64,000 nt of DNA from Chthonomonadales bacterium. GTDB lineage: Bacteria; Armatimonadota; Chthonomonadetes; Chthonomonadales; CAJBBX01. The stretch is taken from assembly GCA_037443035.1 (NCBI GenBank), contig JBBIPC010000007.1:72876-136875 (forward strand), in the 5' to 3' direction. Below are positions 36,010-47,500 of the stretch, piece by piece. Both the position numbers and the translations under genes were made by a program. How positions within the stretch are numbered: position 1 is the first letter of the stretch; each line of letters starts with the position of its first letter. The notes under the pieces are model-generated. The model did no database searches. It saw only the letters and a list, made by a program, of their open reading frames with translations, and had not been told where the DNA came from.

Positions 36010-39000
36010 TCACGGATACGTCTGCGGATAGAACGAAGGACTCACCGTCATATAGTAAAGGTCTGTTGTACCCGACCGGGTGCTTGCCCAGAACACCCAC
36101 ACACGGTCAACGAATGGATCTTTCACTGCCGTGACCTGCCCTTCGTTCACGGCCGCGTCGGTAGGCAACGAGGCTTCGCCCGTCGTCTGATCCCCGGGTG
36201 TTGCTGCAACCGTCAGCTCGTCGCCCCAGCTTACCCTGTAATCAGCCTCTACAGCGCCACCGCCGCTCAGCGCCTGCACAACATGGATCGTGGCGCCCTC
36301 GTCAATCTCCGTGAAATACAACCGGCCTCGCAGCCAATCGATCTCCACCGGTCCGCGGTTGCCGCTGACTTGGATGTTGGATCCGATGGTCCCGTCCGCG
36401 TTGCGCACGACGGGCCGCGGTAGGCGAACCATGAGCCGCATGGTCTTGAAGTAGAGACCGCCGGAACTGGCGACATTGCTGCCTGTCTTCCGGTAGATGA
36501 GCCACAGGCGGGAGACCGTCGTCGGCCGTACGCTCTGCGCCCCGGGTCGGACTGCGTCGGGCTGGGTGATCCTTCGCGGATTGTCCGAGAGATCCAGGAG
36601 CGCCACTGCGCCCGTGTTGGCGCCAGGCGCCTGAACTGCGGGCTGGGGCGCGAATCCAGCATCGGACTGCCAGCCCGCCGGAACGCTAATGACGCCTGTA
36701 TCGGACCTCGTTACGTTCAGGCGAATCGTCTGCGGCGTATACGACACCGTCACCGCGTCGTTGATCTTGGGAGCTACATCCGGGAACGTGATCGTACCCG
36801 ACTGCGGATCCACCACCACGCGGCCTCCTAGCGTCGAGTTGAAGTAGAGCTTGCCAGTGGGCGCATCGAAGACCGGTGCGCCGACATTCACCCGCGTACC
36901 ATTGACCCGAATGACAATCCACGGACTGTTGCCAGTACCATCCACGAACGCTCCCGTGTTGGGATCCCGGTAGATCCACGCAACGTCCCGAGCGATCCAG
37001 GACTGGGACGCTCCGTACCGAGCTACGAGCTCGTTCTCCACCCGCGGGAACGGAGTCACTGCTTGCTGCGCCTGGCCAACTGCCAGCCGCTGTAGCTCGT
37101 ACCGTGTCATGAACGTTTCCGGCTGACCCCGATCGGCAAAGGCAGCGGTATAGACCACGTCCACGTGGGTTATCGTGCTGGCTGCACGCTGATCCGGATG
37201 GAGACGACGCGGAACGGGAATGGGATTCGAAAGCCCCTGCAGGCCACCCGGTGTGGGCAGCGCGATATCGGCCGACCATCCCGAGGCATTGCGCATACCG
37301 TCCGGATTCCGGTTGGGATCGTAGGCATTGACGTTGTAGTACAAGCGCGTCCTGCCCGAAGTGCCGCCGTACCAGAATACGAAGCCGGTACCGCCGACGA
37401 CGAGCGGCCTTACTCCCTGTTTCTGAAGGGTCGGGTCGTTGGGGAAGGAATAGGGTATGCCACCAGGAGCCGAGCTCAGATCTGGCGCGTATACGCCGTT
37501 GCCGGACCTGGCAATGGGCACGTAGAACGTCCTGGCGTCCAACGAAGCGCCACCGGCACCACCAGCGGTCTTGTTCACGGCTCCTTGCCAGAACAGCCAC
37601 AAGTCCGGACTCCGTCCGGTTGGAGACTGGTCCAGAACGAGGGACGGCGCACCATGCACCACCATGGGTTGGCCAAGCTGGTTGACGGGTATCACGCCTG
37701 GTACGACCTGCGTCCGTGCACCAGCCACGACATCCGACGACTGAGATGGGAACAGAGCCTGGGTTGCACCCAATGGCGGGAACGGAGTTGCCAGGCCTGT
37801 GGGGCTCCACCATCGTGCTGGCGTGCCGACAGCTACCTCGAACCGCCAACCGAAGAGGAGCGGCGCAGAGCTGCCCCAGCCGCCAGCAGGGTCGAACGCC
37901 GACGCGGCCCCATTCAACTGTGCGTAGAAGATGCCCCATGGAACATCCTGCATGGTGGGGCCGGCAGCGAAGTTCTCCGGTCGGTTACTGGTCCACGCCA
38001 GCAAGATGGCCGTAGACGGCGCGTTCCCCGAGCCTGTGGTGTGGAAGACCACCGACGGCATGAGGTTCGCCCCGAAGGCTGCTCCCGAGGGGTTCTGAGC
38101 CGTCGGAGCTCTCAGGTCCACCTGCGGCAAGGTGCCGTCCTGCTGCATGTACGGCCCGGTGGGCCATGGCCGCACGGCCGGCGCATTCGTCAGACGCGCC
38201 TCCGTGACCTGGATCTTCAGTCGGAACGGGTTCTGCACCATCGACTCGACAGGCGCACTGACTGAACTCTGGCGGTCATTGGGATCCACATACGACCGGA
38301 AGTCGGGCACACCGTTATCATCTATTGCAGCAGCAAGCGGGTTGTCGGCGGCATTGTAGATGGACAGCCATGCCCGCCACTGAGCCGGGTAGTTATCCTC
38401 GAAGACATAGACAGGCGCCGAGTAGGTCCCAGCAGGGGTACCGAGCGGTGGCGCAATGCCGATTCTTGGTCGTACATCCACGCCGATGCGCCGGAGCTCT
38501 GGCAGCAACCCGAAGGGATCACCATGGGCGACGTCCGGAATGGACAGCACGGTGGGCCCACTGTCGCCCGGCAACGGCTTGTGCAGTGTTGGCCGCACGT
38601 TGAGACCCACCCCCCAGCCAAGTGGGTTGCCGGGACGAACGTAGGGGTTCCCAGGCACGAGGTCGGGTCGCAGTTTGCTGAAACCCGGCACCATGCGAAG
38701 GTCGAAGGGCCAGAACAAGAACGGCTCGATGGGGAGACCCGCGCTGTTGTCATGGTCCAGCGACGAGATGATGCCATAGTTGCTGCCTGGCGTGAGATCC
38801 ACGTTGAACGGCATGGGCAGGGACTTGCCCAGTAGCGGAGAGTTCAGTTGCCATGCCAGCGGCATGTCGAACGGATGCCCAGGCGCAGTACCGGTGACCA
38901 GCCTCCCCTGGCCGTCGTAGACCGGCAGGAAGGGGCTTACCTGGTCGCTCTGCAGGCGTGCCCATGAGCCAGGATAGGCCCATGCGTCCGGCGAATCACC

Positions 39001-42000
39001 GGCAAGCTTAGCCACCCGTAGGTTCACCAGGTTAACGTTGCCGGTGTTCTTGATCGTAAAGGGCGCGAACATCCTCAAGCCGTAAGGGTCGTCGAACGGC
39101 GATGTCGAGCCCAGGTACAGGCCCACACCGTTCGGCGAGAACGGCATTCCTGGCGCGTACCCGGCGGAATGTGGCACCTTGCCAAGGTCGATGGTCTCTT
39201 CCTCGGCGCGCAGACTCAGATCCGGCGGCACTGCCACGCCGGTGCTGAACTGCCGGAAGACTTCCTCTCGGGCCGTCTGTGTGACCTGGGCGGCCTGCGT
39301 CTGGATCGCCGTGCCCTGGTAGCGTCCATCCCCATTGCTGTCGATATACACGACGATGTCGCCGTAGTAACCCGCGCTCGGCGCCAGCGTGCCCGCCGGG
39401 GCTTCCGACGGGGTCTGCGGTGGCCTGCCAAGTTGGATCAGCATCGGCGCTGCCAGGCCAGGAACGGCGCCCGTGGGATTGTACGGGTTGTTGTTGATGT
39501 CGAAATAGGTCAAGTTGACATTGGCCGGTTGATACTTGGGCACGCTTACCGTCAGCTCCAGGGGTACGTACCTCAGCTCGCCGTTCAGCGACTTGTTCGG
39601 CAAGGTCGCAGGCTTGCCAGCAAGGTCCACCCCGCCCATGCGCACTCTTGCGGCCGTTCTGTCGATGTCGGGATAGTCCGGCGATGTGTTGGGCAGATTG
39701 GCGGGGAAGACCTCCCACGGCAACGGGTTCATGACATTGCCGGTCGCGCGAATGAAGGGATCGCTGGCGTTCGGATCCCAGCCCCACCGCAGACCCCGCC
39801 GTTCCACGCGAACATTGTTCAAGCGCTGATTCAGCTTGTAGAGGTTGGAGCGGTCTGCGATGAACAGAGCATCATGCCTACGGCCCTGACTGTCTGCGCC
39901 CAGGTACGTTGCCGAACTGCCATGCGTGATGAATCCCAGCGGCGCCACAACGCTCTTCAGCGGAGGCTGCCCCGCAGGCGGATTGTAGCGGTTGTTGCCG
40001 TTCGCCAGGACTTCCTGTGCAGCGACCGCATTGGGTACAGCCGACACCCAGCCGATAATGTTGAGAGCGCTGGGGCCGATCTGCGCACCGGTTGGCACCG
40101 CCCTGGTTGTCAGAGCCAGCGGATGAGCGATGGAGATCTCTTTGCGCGTCGTTACCTTCAGTGTCGTCGCGAGCGAACCATCCAGTCCGTAGGGATCGCT
40201 GGTGTTCTTGTCAATAGTGGCCTGCCCTGCGGCGAGTTGCAGCGACGACACCTGGACACCCGTCTCCGTCGCCAACTGTGCCTGGGCCAGAATCGTGTAG
40301 CGGCGCCCTGGCGTCTGGGCATCGGCCTGGGAACCGCGTCCAAGCGGTATGGCAACCTTGGCCACCCAAGCGTAGAACTGGGATCCGGCCGGATAAGGCG
40401 GGCTTGGCGGCACAGGTGGAGTTGGCGCTGCGTAGTCGCGCACGGCGCCAACTGTCAGCGGCGGCCGTGTCTGACCTGCGCCGAACAGACGGAACGTCAC
40501 CGTCGGTAGGGGCGGATTCGCTGATGTGCTAACGACGACACCCCACGCGGCGGCGTAGATGGTATCACCCCACTCGTACACGATGAGCTTGTCGGGACTT
40601 GTCAGCGTGTACTGGCGCTCATGTCCCGAGTTCCATTCCGTGAGCGGCGAGAGCTTGTCCGCATTATCCTCGGGCAAGCCGAAGAAGTCGTAAGCGAGCG
40701 GAACGCCTTTGGGCGGCGTGTCGCCCTTGCCGTACCAAAGCTCGACAAGCTTCATCGTCATGCTCGTCTCGTCCGGCTCGTCACTGTAGTACGGCTCGTC
40801 GGGCGTAACCATGCCCAGCCCGGCTCCGTCGGCGGCGGTCTTTGCGCGCCAGTAGGCACGCATTTGTCCGTTCACCTCGCCCGTATCCCTGTTGCCTTCG
40901 TCAGCACAGAACATCCACGAGTTCGGCGTAACCGCGTCGGCTCCGCGCTGTCCGACGGCTGTGGGGTAGATCACCGGGTCCGTGAGAGGGCCGTTGGCGC
41001 CCATGGCAGTAAGAGGCACCCGGCCGATCATGGCATCGGTGTAGCTCCACATGAGATCGCCTGCCGTGAGCCGCCCTTGGCCAAGCGCCGAGAGTCCGAT
41101 GATGGCGCCAGTATCCAACGGCAGCAAGATCGCCGGGAACTTGTCGCCGGTGAACGTGTCCTGATACCAGGGCTGCGGCAGGAGATGATCCAGATAGACC
41201 GCAGACGCCCGCGTCGAGCCGCGTGACCAGCTCTCCCACAGGAGTCCTCCCGACGTCGGATTGCCGGTGCGCGACGCATCCAAAGCGAACACACGACCGT
41301 CTCGGTTGGCTACGAAGACGACCTCCTTGCCTCCATTCAGCTCCACCCCGGCTCCGTTGTTCACCTGAGGAACCCAGACTGGAGCCGTGAAGGCCGTCTG
41401 CTCCGCCGCAACATCGCCCGACTTGGCAGGGTTGGCAGGCGAGTTGGCGTACGGATAGGTCCACTCCGGCTGCAGGAACCCGCCGGCGTCCTTGGGCTGT
41501 CCGCTGGCGTTCGCGGGAGCCTTGATGCAGTACACACGGCCGCCAGCCGAGAAGACGTACTTGCCACTATCCGTGAGTGCACCAGGAAGGACGATGGGAT
41601 CCAGCCGCGTTGTGGCCTCGGGCCATTGCCAGATTGCCTTGCCGTCGTTGGCGGGGTTGGAGATGCGTACTCTCGGATCCAGCGTCTGCAGGTCCACACA
41701 GTAGACGTGACCATCACCGGCACCGACAATAACGCGATCCGTCCGGAACTGAGCATCCAGCTTCGGTGCACTGGGCGAAGCCGCGAAGCTTGTTTTCGCT
41801 GGATCGTCCGTGTAACCACCGAAGCTCCCGTCGGGCAGCAGCGTACCGCCCTTGTCGAGCCACTTATCTCGTGCCAGGGTCGGCCATGTCATCAGCCGGC
41901 GTGTGGTGCCTGGGATACCTGGCGTATCGGGCTGCCCAGGGGTACCCGGGCCCGTCGCGATGGTTGCGGGGAAGGGCTCTCCAGCCGCGTTCGTTCGGCC

Positions 42001-44403
42001 CGCTGGATCGAACGCATAGATGCGTCCGTTCTGATTCCCGATAACGATCATGGGAATCCGGACGACGTTGGGTGGGGTCCCCTTCTCCACCTCCACATAT
42101 AGAGGCGACGACAGGAAGCTGCCAAGCTCGGGCACCTTGTTGATGACGGCATACGGACCGTCCGCGTGACCCGTGCTGCGATCCGGCTTCAGATCGCCAT
42201 CGATCCCTTGCGACGTTCTGTTGTTCTGAGGATCCGCGAAGTAGTTGGGGTCATCCTGCGGAAAGTCGAAAACGCCGTTGCCATTCAGGTCATCGTCCGG
42301 GTTCGGGTTGCTGATGGACGGATAGACCCAGTACGCCGTCGTTAGCGTGCTTCGCGGAGCACTGCCGATGGGGTCCACACCGACGGCGTCCAGCGCCCAG
42401 AGATGACCGTCCGTGGTGGCAAAGTAGACCACATCGCGGACGGTCCCGGATGGCCAGCGCACTCGCGCCAGGAGCGGCGAAGCTACAACACTGTTGGCCG
42501 ACTGGGACTCCGGCACGAAACGCACGGCGTCGGCCACCAGCACGCGGCTGGCATCCTCGGCCATGTCTCTCGACGATTCATTGGTCAGCACTACTTCGCA
42601 GTGCTGAGTCGTGCCGTCGTTGCTCAGCTTGAAGCGTATGCCCGTAGCCAGCAGCCGCCACATGCCCGTTACCGGACTGCCCGAGGCGGTGTTCCGCTGA
42701 TCCAGGCGCACCTCCACGGAACCGTCCTCCGTAGGAAGGCGGTACGTGGCGTACCTGGCGAAGTTCGTCGTTCCCGAACCTGCCGGAATATACACGTAGA
42801 CCGAGAACGTCTGCGGCGTTGGCCCCTTCACAGGCACATCGGCGGCCCAATGCGCCTCCAGGGTGTTCGTCGCGGAGACAGGAGTCCAGCGGTACTGAGT
42901 TCCATAGGGCTGGTGGTTCGCATCCGTCTCGATGGTCCAGGACGGAGGCGACGGCACAGGCGATGTCACCGTGAAACCGCTTCCGGGGGCGTCAATGTCG
43001 TCAATCGTCACGGGCACGATGGGCACAGATCGAGTCGGGTAGCGCCAGCGCAATCGCCCATAGGTTCCATTGGCAGGTGCGACCGGATCCACGCGGTCCT
43101 CTAAGCAATAGAAAACGGCGGAACGGATGCTCGTGGTCACGTCGGCCACTACGGGATTCGTGGACGCATTCCCCGTTGTGGCCGGTTTCGTGGGATCCAG
43201 CGGGATACCCACAAAGCCGATGGGATTGGTGTAGTGTGCGGCAGTCGGGAACAAGATCTGAGGGCCCGTCGTCTCGTCGCGCCCGAAGAACGTGAGTTGC
43301 GTATAAGGCTGAGAGGTATCTGCCCCAGGCGGGAATGCGGCGCTGATGGCCGGCGCGTGGACATCGCCACGCATGGACTCCGGCACGAGCCGGACTGCGT
43401 CCGCCGTCACCAAAGGCTTGTAGGGATACGCGTCGCTATCATCCACATTGTCCGGTACGTCTGCGTACAACGTTACGCGAATAGGGTTCGTGCCGTCATA
43501 TGGGAAGTACCGATCATCGCCTGCTCCCGAGCGTACGCGAAGCCAAAACCCTCCGGTCTGGCCGAAATCCAGCATGAAGATGCGGCTCGTTACGGGATCG
43601 TTCACGTCAGCGCCCCAGCTCACACGCACGAAGACATGATCCGCGTTGGGATGAGCCCGAGGTGCTCCATCGTGATCGATGAGCGTGCCGCTGGCGGGGA
43701 ACCGAATGTACACCGCGTACCGAACCCCTGGAGCGAGCGGTGTGGCGTTGGCTGCGTCGGGTGATACATTGACGGTGCCCTGGTAGGTATTCACCGGATA
43801 CTTCGTGCCGAACGACCAGCGTGCATAGTGACTGCTATTCCGCAGCTCCTTCTCTACGATGCCGTAGAGTGTCGTCGTCTGGGTGGGGTTGTCGGGGTCC
43901 GGTATTGGCGCGTAATCCAGGTTCGGCAATCCCTTCAGAACATCCGTACCGATGGCCTGCAGACGTGCGTTCGCGATGGCTTCCAAGTAGACGTAGTCAC
44001 CGATCTTGTCGCGGTCGGCGTCGGACGGCGGCCAGGCTCCGGATGCCCGGGAGGCTGCCGCAGGCCACACCCACGATCCGCTCGTCTCGAAGCCCTGACC
44101 GGTAGCGTTGGGAGCGGGTGGCGGCAGCTTGCTGTTATCCACGACGATCTCGGCGGGCATGTCCCGAGAGGGCGGCCATACCCAGACCGGTCCCAGGCTC
44201 CTATTCAGAGTATGATCGAGACCTGGATCCGCGTTGTGTCCTTGCCGTGTCGTTGTGCCGCGGTGCTGGAGCCAGTCCTTGTCCGTGAACTGCGCTCCAG
44301 CGCTGGCAGCCAAGCACGCAGCGGCCATGGCCGCAACGAGGTGCAGCGCCGAGTATCTTCTGAGCATGAAGCTTTCACCTGATTTCATGTGCCACGACCT
44401 CAC
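36010..44403 (-). CDS. Giant secreted protein (2797 aa): two golvesin/Xly-CBD-like domains, a PQQ/BamB-like beta-propeller with an EF-hand-like loop, and a long uncharacterised C-terminal region with PD40/TolB-like strands
   Basis: Single uninterrupted ORF. The track start is GTG at 44403. ATGs at 44388 (SD GGTGAGG) and 44367 (SD AGGTGA, 7-nt spacer) are followed by the signal peptide MLRRYSALHLVAAMAAACLAASAGA. Propeller strand motifs: VYFATTDGHLWALD, NGRIYAFD, GDGHVYCVD, GGRVYCIK, DGRVFALD. Confidence 0.85.
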   Translation of the reverse strand: MRSWHMKSGESFMLRRYSALHLVAAMAAACLAASAGAQFTDKDWLQHRGTTTRQGHNADPGLDHTLNRSLGPVWVWPPSRDMPAEIVVDNSKLPPPAPNATGQGFETSGSWVWPAAASRASGAWPPSDADRDKIGDYVYLEAIANARLQAIGTDVLKGLPNLDYAPIPDPDNPTQTTTLYGIVEKELRNSSHYARWSFGTKYPVNTYQGTVNVSPDAANATPLAPGVRYAVYIRFPASGTLIDHDGAPRAHPNADHVFVRVSWGADVNDPVTSRIFMLDFGQTGGFWLRVRSGAGDDRYFPYDGTNPIRVTLYADVPDNVDDSDAYPYKPLVTADAVRLVPESMRGDVHAPAISAAFPPGADTSQPYTQLTFFGRDETTGPQILFPTAAHYTNPIGFVGIPLDPTKPATTGNASTNPVVADVTTSIRSAVFYCLEDRVDPVAPANGTYGRLRWRYPTRSVPIVPVTIDDIDAPGSGFTVTSPVPSPPSWTIETDANHQPYGTQYRWTPVSATNTLEAHWAADVPVKGPTPQTFSVYVYIPAGSGTTNFARYATYRLPTEDGSVEVRLDQRNTASGSPVTGMWRLLATGIRFKLSNDGTTQHCEVVLTNESSRDMAEDASRVLVADAVRFVPESQSANSVVASPLLARVRWPSGTVRDVVYFATTDGHLWALDAVGVDPIGSAPRSTLTTAYWVYPSISNPNPDDDLNGNGVFDFPQDDPNYFADPQNNRTSQGIDGDLKPDRSTGHADGPYAVINKVPELGSFLSSPLYVEVEKGTPPNVVRIPMIVIGNQNGRIYAFDPAGRTNAAGEPFPATIATGPGTPGQPDTPGIPGTTRRLMTWPTLARDKWLDKGGTLLPDGSFGGYTDDPAKTSFAASPSAPKLDAQFRTDRVIVGAGDGHVYCVDLQTLDPRVRISNPANDGKAIWQWPEATTRLDPIVLPGALTDSGKYVFSAGGRVYCIKAPANASGQPKDAGGFLQPEWTYPYANSPANPAKSGDVAAEQTAFTAPVWVPQVNNGAGVELNGGKEVVFVANRDGRVFALDASRTGNPTSGGLLWESWSRGSTRASAVYLDHLLPQPWYQDTFTGDKFPAILLPLDTGAIIGLSALGQGRLTAGDLMWSYTDAMIGRVPLTAMGANGPLTDPVIYPTAVGQRGADAVTPNSWMFCADEGNRDTGEVNGQMRAYWRAKTAADGAGLGMVTPDEPYYSDEPDETSMTMKLVELWYGKGDTPPKGVPLAYDFFGLPEDNADKLSPLTEWNSGHERQYTLTSPDKLIVYEWGDTIYAAAWGVVVSTSANPPLPTVTFRLFGAGQTRPPLTVGAVRDYAAPTPPVPPSPPYPAGSQFYAWVAKVAIPLGRGSQADAQTPGRRYTILAQAQLATETGVQVSSLQLAAGQATIDKNTSDPYGLDGSLATTLKVTTRKEISIAHPLALTTRAVPTGAQIGPSALNIIGWVSAVPNAVAAQEVLANGNNRYNPPAGQPPLKSVVAPLGFITHGSSATYLGADSQGRRHDALFIADRSNLYKLNQRLNNVRVERRGLRWGWDPNASDPFIRATGNVMNPLPWEVFPANLPNTSPDYPDIDRTAARVRMGGVDLAGKPATLPNKSLNGELRYVPLELTVSVPKYQPANVNLTYFDINNNPYNPTGAVPGLAAPMLIQLGRPPQTPSEAPAGTLAPSAGYYGDIVVYIDSNGDGRYQGTAIQTQAAQVTQTAREEVFRQFSTGVAVPPDLSLRAEEETIDLGKVPHSAGYAPGMPFSPNGVGLYLGSTSPFDDPYGLRMFAPFTIKNTGNVNLVNLRVAKLAGDSPDAWAYPGSWARLQSDQVSPFLPVYDGQGRLVTGTAPGHPFDMPLAWQLNSPLLGKSLPMPFNVDLTPGSNYGIISSLDHDNSAGLPIEPFLFWPFDLRMVPGFSKLRPDLVPGNPYVRPGNPLGWGVGLNVRPTLHKPLPGDSGPTVLSIPDVAHGDPFGLLPELRRIGVDVRPRIGIAPPLGTPAGTYSAPVYVFEDNYPAQWRAWLSIYNAADNPLAAAIDDNGVPDFRSYVDPNDRQSSVSAPVESMVQNPFRLKIQVTEARLTNAPAVRPWPTGPYMQQDGTLPQVDLRAPTAQNPSGAAFGANLMPSVVFHTTGSGNAPSTAILLAWTSNRPENFAAGPTMQDVPWGIFYAQLNGAASAFDPAGGWGSSAPLLFGWRFEVAVGTPARWWSPTGLATPFPPLGATQALFPSQSSDVVAGARTQVVPGVIPVNQLGQPMVVHGAPSLVLDQSPTGRSPDLWLFWQGAVNKTAGGAGGASLDARTFYVPIARSGNGVYAPDLSSAPGGIPYSFPNDPTLQKQGVRPLVVGGTGFVFWYGGTSGRTRLYYNVNAYDPNRNPDGMRNASGWSADIALPTPGGLQGLSNPIPVPRRLHPDQRAASTITHVDVVYTAAFADRGQPETFMTRYELQRLAVGQAQQAVTPFPRVENELVARYGASQSWIARDVAWIYRDPNTGAFVDGTGNSPWIVIRVNGTRVNVGAPVFDAPTGKLYFNSTLGGRVVVDPQSGTITFPDVAPKINDAVTVSYTPQTIRLNVTRSDTGVISVPAGWQSDAGFAPQPAVQAPGANTGAVALLDLSDNPRRITQPDAVRPGAQSVRPTTVSRLWLIYRKTGSNVASSGGLYFKTMRLMVRLPRPVVRNADGTIGSNIQVSGNRGPVEIDWLRGRLYFTEIDEGATIHVVQALSGGGAVEADYRVSWGDELTVAATPGDQTTGEASLPTDAAVNEGQVTAVKDPFVDRVWVFWASTRSGTTDLYYMTVSPSFYPQTYP

Positions 44404-44512
44404 CGAACCACCTGCCGATCCCTTTCACCGCCTTGCGCCACGGCTTCCAGCGTATCCGTGTCGCCCGCTTCGCCGACCGAGGTATCGCTTGGTCCTCTGC
44501 CAGCCGCGCCAA

Positions 44513-47500
44513 TCAGTACGGCCTATCCGCGAACGCCGGCTGCTCCAGGATGGACGTCCACGTACCGCGGTCCTTGTCACCCACGGTGCGCCGAATGCCA
44601 CCAGGCGGATCGCCACCGAACGTCGTATTCGTGTCGCCGGGCCTGTGGATGACCGCGTAAGGAGGCCTTGGAACCGACTCGCTGGGCACCCTACGAATGA
44701 TGCTTGCCTGCGGCACTTGCTGGGTCACACCGTTGATGATGTATGTGCCTCCATCGTTCGGCCACAGGAAGTTGCCTAGCGGACTGCTGATGACACCGTA
44801 GTCCGGCACGTAGCCATGCCCGGATCCGAAGTGGAAGGTGGATGGCTTGACCACGAATACTTCCCCATGGAACGCGCTGCTGCTGATGACGTTCACGGTG
44901 GTGCCGAAGACGCCCGGATAGTCTTCGCCGCTGAACCGATTGGCGATAAGATACTGCCGAAGCGTGGGGAACGTCGGGTTCTCCGCCGATGCTGTCAGCC
45001 TCACCACGCAGGACGCCTGGAGCCTCTTGCCTGTCATGGCGAAGTAGTCCTCCGCTGTGAGCAGCCATTCCACATCGAACACCGGCTCGATGTAAGGCGG
45101 GCTGTTGTCCGGGTGGTCCACAAAGTTGAGCCTCACCTGGTACACGCCATTGGCATCAGCGAGAAGGAACTTCGTGACGAGGTTGCCGCCCTCCATCTCC
45201 TTGAACGAGGAGAGCCATGTGGGGTTCAGGATGGGCTGGATGCGCACCGAGGGCGTCCCGCCGCTGTCCACCGGTATTCGCAGATTCGTCACCACGGCCA
45301 GGGGATCGCCCGTCTCCTTCAGAATGGCCACCGAGCCACCGCCCGATTCGAGGGCTTCGCCGCTTCCCACAGTCGCCGTCAGCGGCACGTTCCGGTCCAC
45401 CATGCGCGCATTGGACACCGTAGCCACGGTCAGGTACCGCAGGTCGAGAGGCATGGCGTTGGGATCGTATGGATTCTCGCGCCAGTAGCTCGGCAACGCG
45501 GGCAGTTCGGAGTTCCGCATGACGATGCGCTGCACAGCGCGGTATCGGTACCGCTTCCCCTGTCGCGCCAGAGTGCTGCTGACGTAATTGAGCTGGCGCA
45601 CCATGAGGGGTTCACCACTCGCCTTGACGACGTCTATGATCTCGACCACACGATAGTTGCCCGAGTCCGCGATTAGATAGTGCATGACGTACCCAGGACC
45701 GGTATAGCTATAGGGACCACCCTGAATGGCCAGGTTAGGCTGGAACTCCACCCAGTACGAACAGTCGGTCGGCTCGTTCAACACCATCGGGTCGCCAGGC
45801 CGCAGCAGTCCTTTGTAATCGTCCTGGAACCTGCTGACCTCCCAGCGAGCATAACCACCTCGGTCAATGGCCACGACACGATTGTTGCCCGTATCCACCA
45901 CAAGGATGTCGTTGTTGCCGATACGCCTGGCGACGGACGGCCGTCGGAAGGGCACGCGCTGGCCAGCCGGTATCCCTGTGCCGATGATGGGGTTCGTCGG
46001 ATCTGTGTAGTCGGTGAGCGGCCCATTGGCTATGTCGAACGTACGCGTACCGTCGCAGGCCCAGACCGCCTCGCCCGCCGCATTCACCTCCAGGAGCCTT
46101 CCGGAGTCCGCGATGAGCGTAACCGTATCCTCCATGGCGAAGACGCCTGCACCGGTGGCCATCGCCATCACGCCGCCCGACACCGCGGGCGCTGCGATGG
46201 CAGGTTGCGCCGGCACGACGTCGCCCCGTACAGCTAACGGAGCCGTCACCCATCGGTACGGGACTTCACTACCGGTCGCCTGGAACTCCGGATTGCTCGC
46301 GGCAGGATCGGCATCCACAGACACAACAGACCCATCCGCAAGCCCGACCCAGACGATATCTCCCAACACCGTCGGCGATGAAGCTGCCGGAGCGGGCAGA
46401 ACGCTGAACCACAGTAGGTTATCCACGTTGTCCGGTCCGCCGCGTCGCCAGCCATCACTATCGGCCCGCGTGGGGATGCTGACGACCTCTGGTCCGTTGC
46501 CTACCTGGACGACAAACGGCACGGATGCACTGATATAGGCAGCCGCAATGGCTCCAGGAGGCGCCATGGCCGTTATGTGGATCGTGCCACTCTCGTAGTC
46601 CACGGTATACTGGCCCGCTGCCAGTTCGATCCACGGTTCCTGCTGCCCGCCACGGTCCACGAAAAGGTTCGGTTGCCGAACGCGCACTCGGGTACCCGGA
46701 TCGATGCGCGTATTGAGCCTGAGAACGAACTCCGGATCCGCCTTGAACGCACATAGCACCGATACCGGTTGGCCACCCTGTGCGACGCCAGATGCGACGG
46801 CGTAGACCGTCTCACCGTGTACCGCAGGAGTACCGAAGAATCGCATGTGGGTGAGAAACACACCGTTCGACCGGCGCATGCGTGCCGGGATGCTGACCCG
46901 GTTTCCGTTCACGGTCATGTCGAAAGCGTCGTAGAGCGAGTACGTCCAGCGTACACGGCTCTGGTTGGAACCCTGTTCGTGAACCGCGATCAGGGCGCTG
47001 CGTCCCGGGTACGTATCTGAATCGTTGGATGCGCGACCCGTGAAGTAGAGCAGATCGTTCCTGGCCAGGGCCGGTGCGCCACCGATACTGTTGTTGCTGT
47101 CTGTGGGATCCGGCGCCACGAAGACCGAGCGTGCGTTCACCTTCGGGTACGTGCTGCCCACTGGCGGTGCCCAGTCGTAGGTGTAATCCGCCAATATCGT
47201 AACAGCCTCGTCAACCGGAGACACCGAGCGTAGTCCCACACGCGTTCCGTCGGGCAGCTCGATGTTCGTGAACTCGACCACCGGCCCGGTTTTGACGCGA
47301 GCCTCACCCATGTCGAACAGTTCATGCCATTGGTTGTTGCCCGGGTTGCCCGAAGTTGTGTACTCCAACTCGCGGAACCCGTAGGCGCCATCGGCGGCGC
47401 TCCTGTAGACGGCCACCACGCGCGGCCGCAAGGCAGGGTTACTGCCAACTCCGAGGTAGATGTACCACGGAACACGGGCCCGGCTCCGGAAGATCCGATC

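Noticed and set aside
36686-40509. Large alternate-frame and antisense ORFs inside the 2797-aa gene (36686..37939 minus, 37165..38265 plus, 39169..40509 plus)
   Set aside because: All are Arg-rich off-frame products. The 8.4-kb frame is uninterrupted and shows repeated propeller motifs.
44404-44512. Promoter between the two giant genes
   Set aside because: Only poor matches were found (TTGGCG with no acceptable -10 element). The genes are probably co-transcribed.
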